Notes under the pieces: generated by a model
What the model saw: only the letters and a program-made list of their open reading frames with translations
What the model was told of the DNA's origin: nothing
Databases searched by the model: none
Part shown: one piece after another, positions 15,826-23,657 of the stretch
Position numbering within the stretch: position 1 is the stretch's first letter
Layout: each line of letters begins with the position of its first letter
From: Eubacteriales bacterium
GTDB lineage: Bacteria > Bacillota > Clostridia > Oscillospirales > QAKW01
Assembly: GCA_045586045.1 (NCBI GenBank)
Contig: JAZMZQ010000191.1
Span: 1 to 41,774, forward strand
Length of the DNA: 41,774 nt
Direction: 5' to 3'
Translations under genes and position numbers: made by a program

Positions 15826-16530
15826 TTAGATATACATTCCGCCGTTGGGGGCTAATACTTGGCCGGTGATCTGCTCTTGCTCTGCCAAAAAGAGAATCGA
15901 TTGGGCCACATCCAGCCCCGAGCAAAGCGAACCTGAGGGGATCATCTCTAAAAGAGCCGCCCGATCCAAGCCCTCCAGCATTTTACTTTCCACACATCCG
16001 GGGGCAACGCAATTGACGGTAATGCCCGAGGGCGCCAGCTCCTTGGCCAAGGCTTTTGTGAAGCCGATAAGCCCTGCCTTGGCGGCAGAATAGGAGACTT
16101 CGCAGGAGGCGCCCGTCTGCCCCCAGACGGAAGAGATATTGATGATCGCGCCCGCTTTTTTGGAGAGCATTTTTGGGAGAGCAAGGCGCGTCAGCGCCAT
16201 ATGGGCGAGGAGATTGGTTTGCAAAACCTCGCCGATGGAATCGGCCGTCTCTTGGGCAAATTCCCGATAATGGGCAGCGCCGAAATTATTGACCAAAACA
16301 TCAATTTCTCCTGCCGCTTCCACCAAAGCCGCCCGATCGGCCTCTTTGGTGAGATCTCCTTGAAGGGCGCAAACCTCTCCGCCCAAAGCCCGAAGATCTT
16401 CCAGAAGATTTTCTGCGGCCGACTGATTCTGATGGTAGCTGAAGACAACGCGATACCCTTTGCGGACAGCAAGGTAGGCGGTCATACTGCCGATGGCGCC
16501 GCTTCCTCCGGTAATTAAAATTGTTTTCAT
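15826..16530 (-). CDS. SDR family oxidoreductase (FabG-like)
   Basis: TGGSGAIG Rossmann motif and the YSAAK catalytic motif. 234 aa. Confidence 0.8.
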   Translation of the reverse strand: MKTILITGGSGAIGSMTAYLAVRKGYRVVFSYHQNQSAAENLLEDLRALGGEVCALQGDLTKEADRAALVEAAGEIDVLVNNFGAAHYREFAQETADSIGEVLQTNLLAHMALTRLALPKMLSKKAGAIINISSVWGQTGASCEVSYSAAKAGLIGFTKALAKELAPSGITVNCVAPGCVESKMLEGLDRAALLEMIPSGSLCSGLDVAQSILFLAEQEQITGQVLAPNGGMYI

Positions 16531-16589
16531 TCAATTCACTTCCTTACTATGATATTCTATATTAAATTTTTTTAGAAGACAAGATTTAT

Positions 16590-16618
16590 TTGCAAATTTG
16601 CCGGAAATCTTGTATAGT
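16590..16618 (+). promoter_or_regulatory. recG promoter
   Basis: TTGCAA, 17 nt spacer, TATAGT. Confidence 0.55.
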
Positions 16619-16651
16619 AGAGATAGAAATTCATGAAAGGGGGTAAAGCCA

Positions 16652-18682
16652 ATGCAGACGCCTATTATAAAGTTGTCGGGAATCGGGAAAGCAAGAGCGG
16701 CCGCTTTGGAGCGGATCGGCGTATCGACCATAGGGGATTTGCTGCAGCTTTATCCCCGCCGCTATGAAGATCGGTCGATGGTGTTGCCCATTGAGGAGCT
16801 GAGCATCCATATGGGCGAGAAGGTCAGCCTGATTGCAACGGTCCTCTCCGCGCCCATTGAGCGGCGGATCTACGGGGGCAGATTGCTCACCGAAGTTAGG
16901 GTAGGCGACGATAGCGGGGCCATGACCCTTACCTATTTTAATAATCCCTATATCCGCCAAAAATTGAAGGTGGGCAAAACCTTTAATTTCTATGGGCGGA
17001 TGGATACCAAAAAATTGCTTCATATGATTGCTCCCGATGCGCAAGAGCTCAAAGCGGGAGAGGCTCCTTCCATTCTGCCGATCTATCCCTGCGTCAGCGG
17101 GTTGAATCAGACCTTGATCCGCCGCTTGGTGAAAGAGGCTTTGGCAAGGGTGGAAGAGCAGATTTTGGATCCCCTGCCCGAGAAGCTTTTGGAAAAATAT
17201 GATCTGCTTCCCCTGCCCCAAGCCCTGCGGGCGGTTCACCTGCCGCAAAATCAGCAGGAGATTTTAATGGGTCGGCGGCGGCTGATCTTCGAGGAATTGC
17301 TTTATTTCCAGCTGGGGCTATCCCTTTACAGCCGCAGGGAGAAGGATCAAAATCGATTCCCTGTGGCCAAGTGGGATTCTGCCTTTCGGGATCTGCATCC
17401 CTTCTCCCCCACCCCTTCTCAGAAGCGGGCGGTGGAAGAAATCCTTTCGGATATGCAAGGCGGCTTTGCCATGAATCGGTTGCTGCAGGGCGATGTAGGC
17501 AGCGGGAAAACCTTTGTGGCGGGCGAGGCGGCCTATGGCGCAATCCGGTCGGGCTATCAGGTGGCGATTATGGCCCCCACAGAGATTCTGGCCCGTCAGC
17601 ATGCTGCTTATTTTCAGCCTTTGATGGAAAAATTGGGGATCAAAAGCGCCCTGTTGGTGGGCTCTATGACCCCAAAAGAAAAACGAGAGATTTATGGAAT
17701 GGCCGAATCGGGCGAGGTGCGGCTGATCATCGGCACCCATGCCCTGCTGCAACGGCATTTGCAATTTGAAAATTTAGGGCTTGTCATCGCCGATGAGCAG
17801 CATCGCTTCGGCGTGCGCCAGCGGGCAACCCTTGCAAAAAAGGGGAAAAAGCCCCATGTATTGGTCATGAGCGCAACGCCCATCCCCCGCACCATGGCGT
17901 TGATGGTATGGGGAGATTTGGATCTTTCGATTCTGGACGGCAGACCGCAAGGGCGCAAGGAAATTCGCTCCTATTTGGTGGATGAGGGGTATCGCCTGCG
18001 GCTGATGAACTTTTTGGATAAAGAGATTGCCAAGGGCGGGCAGGCTTATATTGTCTGCCCCTTGGTGGAAGAAAATGAAGAGCTGGACCTCAAGAGCGCC
18101 GAGCAATTGTTTGCGGCCCTTCAAGAAAAATACGGCGATCGGGTGGCGCTGATTCATGGCAAGATGAAGGCCGCCCTGAAGGAGGAAGCCATGGCCCGCT
18201 TTGTGGCGGGAGATTGCGATATATTGGTTTCCACTACGGTAATAGAGGTGGGGATCAATGTACCCAATGCCACCTTGATGATTTTGGAAAATGCCGAGCG
18301 GTTTGGCTTATCGCAGCTGCATCAGCTGCGGGGGCGGGTAGGCCGTGGAGAGAAGCAATCTTATTGCATTCTTGTCAGCGGCAATAAGAGCGAAAAGACG
18401 AAGGAGCGCCTCTCCTTCTTCTGCTCTACCACCGATGGCTTTGCCATCTCCAATAAGGATTTGGAGCTGCGCGGCCCCGGTGATTTCTTTGGGGATGTGC
18501 AGCACGGCCTGCCCAAAATGCAGATCGCCGATTGCGCCACTGATCTGGAACTTCTCACCCTCTCAAATTCCTGCGCCAAGCGGATGCTCTCCTTCGATCC
18601 CCTTTTGGAAAAGGATTATAATCAAAAAATTCGAGAACAGGTAGATCAACTCTTCGAGCGGGAAGGAACCATATTTAATTAA
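16652..18682 (+). CDS. recG: ATP-dependent DNA helicase RecG
   Basis: 676 aa. LSGIGKARAAALERIGVSTIGDLLQLYPRRYEDRS wedge N-terminus. GDVGSGKT and DEQHRFGV helicase motifs. Confidence 0.9.
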   Translation: MQTPIIKLSGIGKARAAALERIGVSTIGDLLQLYPRRYEDRSMVLPIEELSIHMGEKVSLIATVLSAPIERRIYGGRLLTEVRVGDDSGAMTLTYFNNPYIRQKLKVGKTFNFYGRMDTKKLLHMIAPDAQELKAGEAPSILPIYPCVSGLNQTLIRRLVKEALARVEEQILDPLPEKLLEKYDLLPLPQALRAVHLPQNQQEILMGRRRLIFEELLYFQLGLSLYSRREKDQNRFPVAKWDSAFRDLHPFSPTPSQKRAVEEILSDMQGGFAMNRLLQGDVGSGKTFVAGEAAYGAIRSGYQVAIMAPTEILARQHAAYFQPLMEKLGIKSALLVGSMTPKEKREIYGMAESGEVRLIIGTHALLQRHLQFENLGLVIADEQHRFGVRQRATLAKKGKKPHVLVMSATPIPRTMALMVWGDLDLSILDGRPQGRKEIRSYLVDEGYRLRLMNFLDKEIAKGGQAYIVCPLVEENEELDLKSAEQLFAALQEKYGDRVALIHGKMKAALKEEAMARFVAGDCDILVSTTVIEVGINVPNATLMILENAERFGLSQLHQLRGRVGRGEKQSYCILVSGNKSEKTKERLSFFCSTTDGFAISNKDLELRGPGDFFGDVQHGLPKMQIADCATDLELLTLSNSCAKRMLSFDPLLEKDYNQKIREQVDQLFEREGTIFN

Positions 18683-18686
18683 GTTT

Positions 18687-18760
18687 TATTCGCCTTACGG
18701 CGAGTTCTATTGCTTCGCAGTGATATTCGGCTTACGCCGAGTGGTATTCGCTTCGCGAGT
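18687..18760 (+). repeat. tandem array of four mini-hairpins (2 x 37 bp unit)
   Basis: TATTCGCCTTACGGCGAGTTC / TATTGCTTCGCAGTGA / TATTCGGCTTACGCCGAGTGG / TATTCGCTTCGCGAGT. The stems differ by compensatory swaps. Confidence 0.8.
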
Positions 18761-18785
18761 TTGCTCAAAACAATAATATTACGCA

Positions 18786-18804
18786 GTGCCTTTTTTGACA
18801 GTCT
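18786..18804 (+). repeat. 19-mer GTGCCTTTTTTGACAGTCT, also present inverted at 39518..39536
   Basis: Exact 19/19 match in reverse complement. Both copies abut an A-run/hairpin/T-run terminator. Confidence 0.9.
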
Positions 18805-18814
18805 GAATGAAAAA

Positions 18815-18837
18815 GGAGCCCCTTGGGGCTCCTTTTT
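18815..18837. terminator. recG-side bidirectional terminator
   Basis: AAAAAGGAGCCCCTTGGGGCTCCTTTTT. Confidence 0.8.
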
Positions 18838-18922
18838 CATCTCTTTGAGAAACTATTTTGTGAAAAATCATTGCTATCGTTTTATAGCGAAGCAAGACGT
18901 TTTTTATAGCTTCTTTTTATCA

Positions 18923-19105
18923 TTACAGATTCTGCTCTGCCTTCTCAACCAACTTCTTGGTCATCTGGCCGCCGATATGACCGGCTTGTGCAGAAGTCAG
19001 ATCGCCATTGTAGCCCTGCTTCAGATCCACACCGATTTCACGGGCGACCTCAAACTTCATCTTATCAAGGCCGGCTTTAGCGTTGCTCTTTACTTCTTTG
19101 CTCAT
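18923..19105 (-). CDS. alpha/beta-type small acid-soluble spore protein
   Basis: 60 aa. KFEVAREIGVDL..GDLTSAQAGHIGGQMTKKLV matches the SASP signature. Strong RBS AAAGGAGGTG. Confidence 0.85.
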   Translation of the reverse strand: MSKEVKSNAKAGLDKMKFEVAREIGVDLKQGYNGDLTSAQAGHIGGQMTKKLVEKAEQNL

Positions 19106-19188
19106 TTCGTTTCACCTCCTTTATTAGGTTACGATAATATTTTTGGCGAAATGAGCAAAAAAATACAAGCAATCTTTGCCAAAACGGC

Positions 19189-19220
19189 ATTTTGATATCA
19201 TGATATCATGATATCAAAAT
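19189..19220. repeat. 32 bp perfect palindrome containing (TGATATCA)x3, second copy
   Basis: ATTTTGATATCATGATATCATGATATCAAAAT lies 84 nt upstream of the SASP ATG. Confidence 0.95.
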
Positions 19221-19230
19221 AGGCGGAAAA

Positions 19231-19267
19231 GAAGTGGCACAATCTTTTTTAGAGATTGTGCCACTTC
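19231..19267. terminator. bidirectional terminator after the membrane-protein gene
   Basis: GAAGTGGCACAATCT / AGATTGTGCCACTTC forms a 15 bp stem with T-runs on both strands. Confidence 0.8.
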
Positions 19268-19276
19268 TTTTATTTT

Positions 19277-19798
19277 TTATTCGAAATAGACGATGGAAAA
19301 AAGGTAATCTCCGGCGCCCAAGCGCTCCAGCAAAAGCACTGCTAAAAAAGGAAGGGCGACGGTGAGAGGCAGAAAGAGCCACCAATAAAATTTTTGCGGG
19401 CGATAATTTTTTTTGAATTCCATTTGCTCTTCAATGGAGAGATCGGCAAAGGCCTCTGCGCGAAGGGTGCGGATATCGGGATTCAGCCCGCGGGCACCCT
19501 CCAGCTCCTGCTCACGGGTGGTCTTCAGCTCTCCGCGGATAATGATGATAAAAAGAAGAGAAATTCCGATGGAAATAGGCAGCGCCCAATACCAATAGAA
19601 CAGGGTGAAGGCGCAAAAATTCAAGCATAAAGGCCATGCGGTATTGCTGATCAGGGCAAGGGTGCCGCGGCTCATTGAAAAATGAGTCTTTTTGAGAAAA
19701 TACTCAAAAATATTATAGAGCAGCAGCACGGCCGCCGCGCCGACAACAATTTTCCCTGCGCTTAAAGGGTTCATCCAGGGCAACATGGTATATTTCAT
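19277..19798 (-). CDS. polytopic membrane protein, unknown function
   Basis: Four or five hydrophobic segments. ATG at 19798 follows AGGAGA (ORF track TTG start at 19822). Last gene of the MFS-GDPD-LtaS string. Confidence 0.65.
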   Translation of the reverse strand: MKYTMLPWMNPLSAGKIVVGAAAVLLLYNIFEYFLKKTHFSMSRGTLALISNTAWPLCLNFCAFTLFYWYWALPISIGISLLFIIIIRGELKTTREQELEGARGLNPDIRTLRAEAFADLSIEEQMEFKKNYRPQKFYWWLFLPLTVALPFLAVLLLERLGAGDYLFSIVYFE

Positions 19799-19818
19799 GG
19801 TGGTCTCATCTCCTATAT

Positions 19819-21543
19819 TCAATCAAAAACCTGATCATATTGCAAAATGTGGTAATCTAAAATCCGAGGCTTTTCCTCAGAAAAGAGGGGAAAGCGCTCG
19901 CCCTCCTTATTTTGGCAGAAGATGGGGGAAATGACGGGAAACTCCCCGCGTAATTCTCCCACAAACTGCTGATAAGGGCTTAAAGGAAGGTGCGCTTGTT
20001 CCAAAAGATAGGGCGCCAGATGGTTGGGCGAGAGGATCAGCCCATGCTCCTCTTTCAGATCAAAATTGGCCCAGAGAAAGAAGGGAACTCCATATTTTTC
20101 TTCCGCACTCTCATAGCCGCTTTGGGCGGCTTTGGGAAAGAGGGCGGTATATTCTGCCCCTAAGCTGGGCTGATGATCGCCGAAAAAGAGCAGGATGGTC
20201 TTTCGCTCTTGCTTTTCGAGGGCAGCGATCAGCTCTTGGATAGCTTGATCGCTTTCTTTAAGAAGCTCCAGATACATCTTTGTCTGGGGATATTGCTCCT
20301 GCTGATCAAAGGAAAGGGTATCGGGGACTGAATCAGGGTGTTCGGTATAGCCGCCATGATTTTGCATGGTTACCGCAAAAGCAAAAAGAGGCTCTTTTGA
20401 TTCCTTGAGCAGCTCCCCGATTTTTTGGTAGCAGGCGCGGTCGGTAATATAATCCCGCATCCGCTCAGCATCCTTATCAAAATCCTCAATAGTGAGAAAT
20501 TGATCAAATCCCAAAAGCGGATAAGCACGATTGCGATTCCAGCCGTTGCCCAAAAAGGGATGGATGCCGATCGTTTTATAGCCCAAGTCCTTGAGGCCGC
20601 TTGCGATGGAGGGAGATTCATCATTAACCAACTGCTGCATGGGATAACTGCCTGTCCGCAGCATTTCGCATACATGGGAGGTTAAAAATTCATATTCCGT
20701 ATTGCAGGTGCCGCCGCCAAAGACAGGGGCAATCAGCTTCCCGCTGACCGTATTTTTCTTCTCCTTGAGAGAATGAAAAAAGGAAAGGGGATCTTCCGAG
20801 AGATTTTTTTCTTCCATGGGAAGATCGGCAAAGGCCTCATTCATGATTACAATGATATTGGGCCGCTCCCCTGCTTCCTGCTCCTCTTGATATTCTGCCA
20901 AAAGCCCTTGGGCTTTTTCGGAAGAATAGCCTTTCGGCACTTTGGGCCGAAGGGCTTTCAGATTGATGGCAAAATTCAAAAGATAGCCGTTTTCTTTGGC
21001 GGCATGATTTTGATTCCAATGGTCGATCGTGAAAGGAAAGCGGGCAAGGCCGATGGCAAAAAAGGCAAATAGCCCTGCCGCTGCGGCGAGAGAAACAGCA
21101 GAAAACAGCCGGCGGTTGCGGGGCTTTTTCGGCATCACTTTCCGGATGGCAATCATCAATAGCGCCGCCCCTGCCAAGGAGAGTAAAAGCTCCTTCTTGA
21201 TGGAGAAGGTAAAATTGCCGATGACATTCATGGCCGTCTTGGCCGCCGCAAGATCCCAAGGCAGCAGGGTGGTGCCGCGGAAGGCGATGACATAATGATT
21301 GGCAATGCCGATCGCCAAGAAAAGGGGCAAACCGATCCATCCGCCGATGCGGGGGCCGCAGAGGGCGAAAAGCAGCAAATAGATTCCGCCGATCAGGGCA
21401 AGATTCAAAAGAGCGCTTGTCCAAGTGCGGATGGTAATGTTGCTTTGCAAAAATTCAATAAAGAAAAGGGAGGCAATGGGCAAGAAACCGCCCAAAAGGG
21501 CCGCAAAAAGAGTGTGCGGCTTGATTTTTTTGAAAAATGCCAT
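19819..21543 (-). CDS. LTA synthase family (sulfatase-fold phosphoglycerol transferase) protein
   Basis: N-terminal multi-TM block followed by an extracellular sulfatase domain (IVIMNEAFADL, GGGTCNTEYEFLTS). ATG at 21543 lies 4 nt after the GDPD stop. Confidence 0.8.
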   Translation of the reverse strand: MAFFKKIKPHTLFAALLGGFLPIASLFFIEFLQSNITIRTWTSALLNLALIGGIYLLLFALCGPRIGGWIGLPLFLAIGIANHYVIAFRGTTLLPWDLAAAKTAMNVIGNFTFSIKKELLLSLAGAALLMIAIRKVMPKKPRNRRLFSAVSLAAAAGLFAFFAIGLARFPFTIDHWNQNHAAKENGYLLNFAINLKALRPKVPKGYSSEKAQGLLAEYQEEQEAGERPNIIVIMNEAFADLPMEEKNLSEDPLSFFHSLKEKKNTVSGKLIAPVFGGGTCNTEYEFLTSHVCEMLRTGSYPMQQLVNDESPSIASGLKDLGYKTIGIHPFLGNGWNRNRAYPLLGFDQFLTIEDFDKDAERMRDYITDRACYQKIGELLKESKEPLFAFAVTMQNHGGYTEHPDSVPDTLSFDQQEQYPQTKMYLELLKESDQAIQELIAALEKQERKTILLFFGDHQPSLGAEYTALFPKAAQSGYESAEEKYGVPFFLWANFDLKEEHGLILSPNHLAPYLLEQAHLPLSPYQQFVGELRGEFPVISPIFCQNKEGERFPLFSEEKPRILDYHILQYDQVFD

Positions 21544-21547
21544 GATC

Positions 21548-22363
21548 TTAAAGCTCCATGGATTCAAAGATGGGCGCCGCCTTCAACCGAGCGGCAAGGG
21601 CTGCTGCCTTCTGATCCCGCACCGTCCATAAAAAGAGGGGCGGGCGGAAAAGGGCGCGGCAGAGCCGAAAAGAAAGATTTCGATGGTCTTGATAGCCGTA
21701 GGCGACAAAATGAGGCCTGCTCAGCACATGGACCAGCAGATTGGAGAGGGCAAAATCGGTAAGGGGCGAAACCTTCGCTCCATCCTTGCGCACATGGGAG
21801 GCAAGCTGCCCTCTGATGATATGGGGCGCATTTTTTCTGAGCCAATAAAGGGGGCGTGGGTCAAAGGATTCGATGCAATAGAGCCCTTGATAGCCCTTGA
21901 GCATCTCAGCCAAAGCCTTGGCAAGGCGCGTATGGCTTCCCTTTGCCACCTTGGCTTCAATCAGCAGAGGAACTCTGCCGTCGATCAGCGCCAAGACCTC
22001 GCTCAAGAGGGGAAGCCGCTCTTCGGTGCCCTCCAGCCGAAGGTCTTTGAGGGCAGACCAATCATGTTCCTCAATGGTAAGAGGAGAGGAGCAGGTCCGC
22101 TCCAGCGTATCATCATGCTCCACCACCAAAGCGCCGTCCTTGCTGATATGCACGTCCAGCTCAATGGCGTAGCCCTTCTCTGCGGCCAAGGAAAAGGCCA
22201 TAAGAGAATTTTCGGGGATCCCTTTTTGAATGTCATGAAGCCCCCGATGGGCATATTTTTTCGATTTTAATAGTTGAAGCTCCTCCGAGGCGTTTGCGGC
22301 GGGGGCAATCAGAAAAATCCAGAGGATGAAAATGAAGAAAAGAAGAAGGATCAGCCAAACCAT
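21548..22363 (-). CDS. membrane-anchored glycerophosphodiester phosphodiesterase
   Basis: HRGLHD..ENSLMAF..ELDVHISKDGALVVEHD are GDPD motifs. N-terminal TM helix. RBS GGAGGAGG. Confidence 0.85.
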   Translation of the reverse strand: MVWLILLLFFIFILWIFLIAPAANASEELQLLKSKKYAHRGLHDIQKGIPENSLMAFSLAAEKGYAIELDVHISKDGALVVEHDDTLERTCSSPLTIEEHDWSALKDLRLEGTEERLPLLSEVLALIDGRVPLLIEAKVAKGSHTRLAKALAEMLKGYQGLYCIESFDPRPLYWLRKNAPHIIRGQLASHVRKDGAKVSPLTDFALSNLLVHVLSRPHFVAYGYQDHRNLSFRLCRALFRPPLFLWTVRDQKAAALAARLKAAPIFESMEL

Positions 22364-22366
22364 CGC

Positions 22367-23620
22367 TTAATCCTCCTCCCCGAAAAGCTCCAGCGCGCTT
22401 TGGGGCAGATCGGGGCGGTTATCCCCGTGGCGCACAAAGGTCATGGTGATAAAGGCCAGCGCCGAGAAAATCAAAGCATAAGGGAAAAGCACCCGATATC
22501 CAAAGGGCAGATAGGTAAAGAGATAGCCGGAGAGGATGGGGGTGAGGATTTGGGCCGACATGGAGAAGGTATAATAAAGGCCGGTATATTTGCCCACATC
22601 GCTTCCCTTGCTCATCTCCACCACCATGGGATAGGAGTTGACGTTGATGGAGGCCCAGCCGATGCCGATGGCGCCCATGATCAGATAGGCGGCGATGCTA
22701 TAGCCGGGCAGCAGGAAGCCGGCAAAAAAGGCGCAGGCCATCAAGGCCACTCCGCCCAGAATGACCTTTTTACGGCCGATCTTTGCAGAAAGCTGGCCCA
22801 CCGGCAGATAGCTGGCGGTAGCCACCAGCATGGCGATGATCATCATGGTGGAGCCCACGCTCTCGCTTCTTCCCCATACATCCTGCACATAGCGGGAATA
22901 GGCGGTTTCCACAGCGTTATAAGCCATAAACCACAAGAAGACCGAAAGGAGGATAAAGATCAAGCTCTTGCGGACCTCTTTGGGCATCTTTCCGCCCGCT
23001 TCTTTTTGCGTGTTCTCCGGCTCAGGGGGCATCTCTGCCACCAATTTATTTTCATGAACGCCAAACATCAGAATGATGGCGCAGGTAACCATAAAGCCTG
23101 CCACAATGGAGAAGATGGTGGTATAGCTTTGGGCGAAGAACGAAATCACCAAATGGGTGATGATTCCGCCTAAGGCGCCCATCAGGTTGATGACAGCGTT
23201 GCCCTTACTGCGCAAAGGCTTAGGGGTTACATCCGGCATCAGCGCCACCGCAGGCGAGCGGTAGGAGCTCAATACAATCAGCAGCACCGCCAGCGCCACC
23301 ACAAAGAGGGTGAGATTTTTTTGAGCATCGGCCAAGGGGATCAAAAACATCAGCCCTGCCGCCAAAAAAGAGCCCACAATGATGAAGGGCTTGCGCCGCC
23401 CGAAGGGGGTATGGACCCGATCGGAGAGGGCGCCGAAAAGGGGGAGCAGAAATACCGCCAAGATATTATCTGCCGCCATCACATAGCCGCTCACCGCATC
23501 GGTAACCCCAAAGGTATTTTTCAAAATCAGAGGAATAATATAATTGTAAAGCTGCCAGAAGCTGCTGATGGACATAAAGGCAAGCCCCACCAGCACCGTT
23601 CTCTTATAATTCAGTTTCAT
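22367..23620 (-). CDS. MFS transporter
   Basis: 417 aa, about 12 TM segments. GALSDRVHTPFGRRKPF loop motif. Confidence 0.8.
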   Translation of the reverse strand: MKLNYKRTVLVGLAFMSISSFWQLYNYIIPLILKNTFGVTDAVSGYVMAADNILAVFLLPLFGALSDRVHTPFGRRKPFIIVGSFLAAGLMFLIPLADAQKNLTLFVVALAVLLIVLSSYRSPAVALMPDVTPKPLRSKGNAVINLMGALGGIITHLVISFFAQSYTTIFSIVAGFMVTCAIILMFGVHENKLVAEMPPEPENTQKEAGGKMPKEVRKSLIFILLSVFLWFMAYNAVETAYSRYVQDVWGRSESVGSTMMIIAMLVATASYLPVGQLSAKIGRKKVILGGVALMACAFFAGFLLPGYSIAAYLIMGAIGIGWASINVNSYPMVVEMSKGSDVGKYTGLYYTFSMSAQILTPILSGYLFTYLPFGYRVLFPYALIFSALAFITMTFVRHGDNRPDLPQSALELFGEED

Positions 23621-23657
23621 GCGTTCAACATCCTTTGCGACAATTTATACCATCATT

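Noticed and set aside
19106-19188. Sigma-G/sigma-F forespore promoter upstream of the SASP gene
   Set aside because: A forespore promoter is expected on biological grounds. However, I could not place a convincing GHATR - 17/18 nt - CATnnTA pair, and the best -10 candidate, CCTAATA, has no matching -35. It is therefore not reported as a feature.
18710-19195. 161 aa plus-strand ORF spanning the recG downstream repeats and the SASP locus
   Set aside because: It reads through a hairpin array and a strong terminator, and through the antisense of a well-supported SASP gene. It has no RBS.
22274-23173. 299 aa ORF on the plus strand
   Set aside because: It is antisense to the MFS transporter. The Gly/His/Asp-rich composition is a mirror-frame artefact. 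The same reasoning applies to 16631-17248, 6546-7115, 27230-27796, 34815-35435 and 35734-36378.
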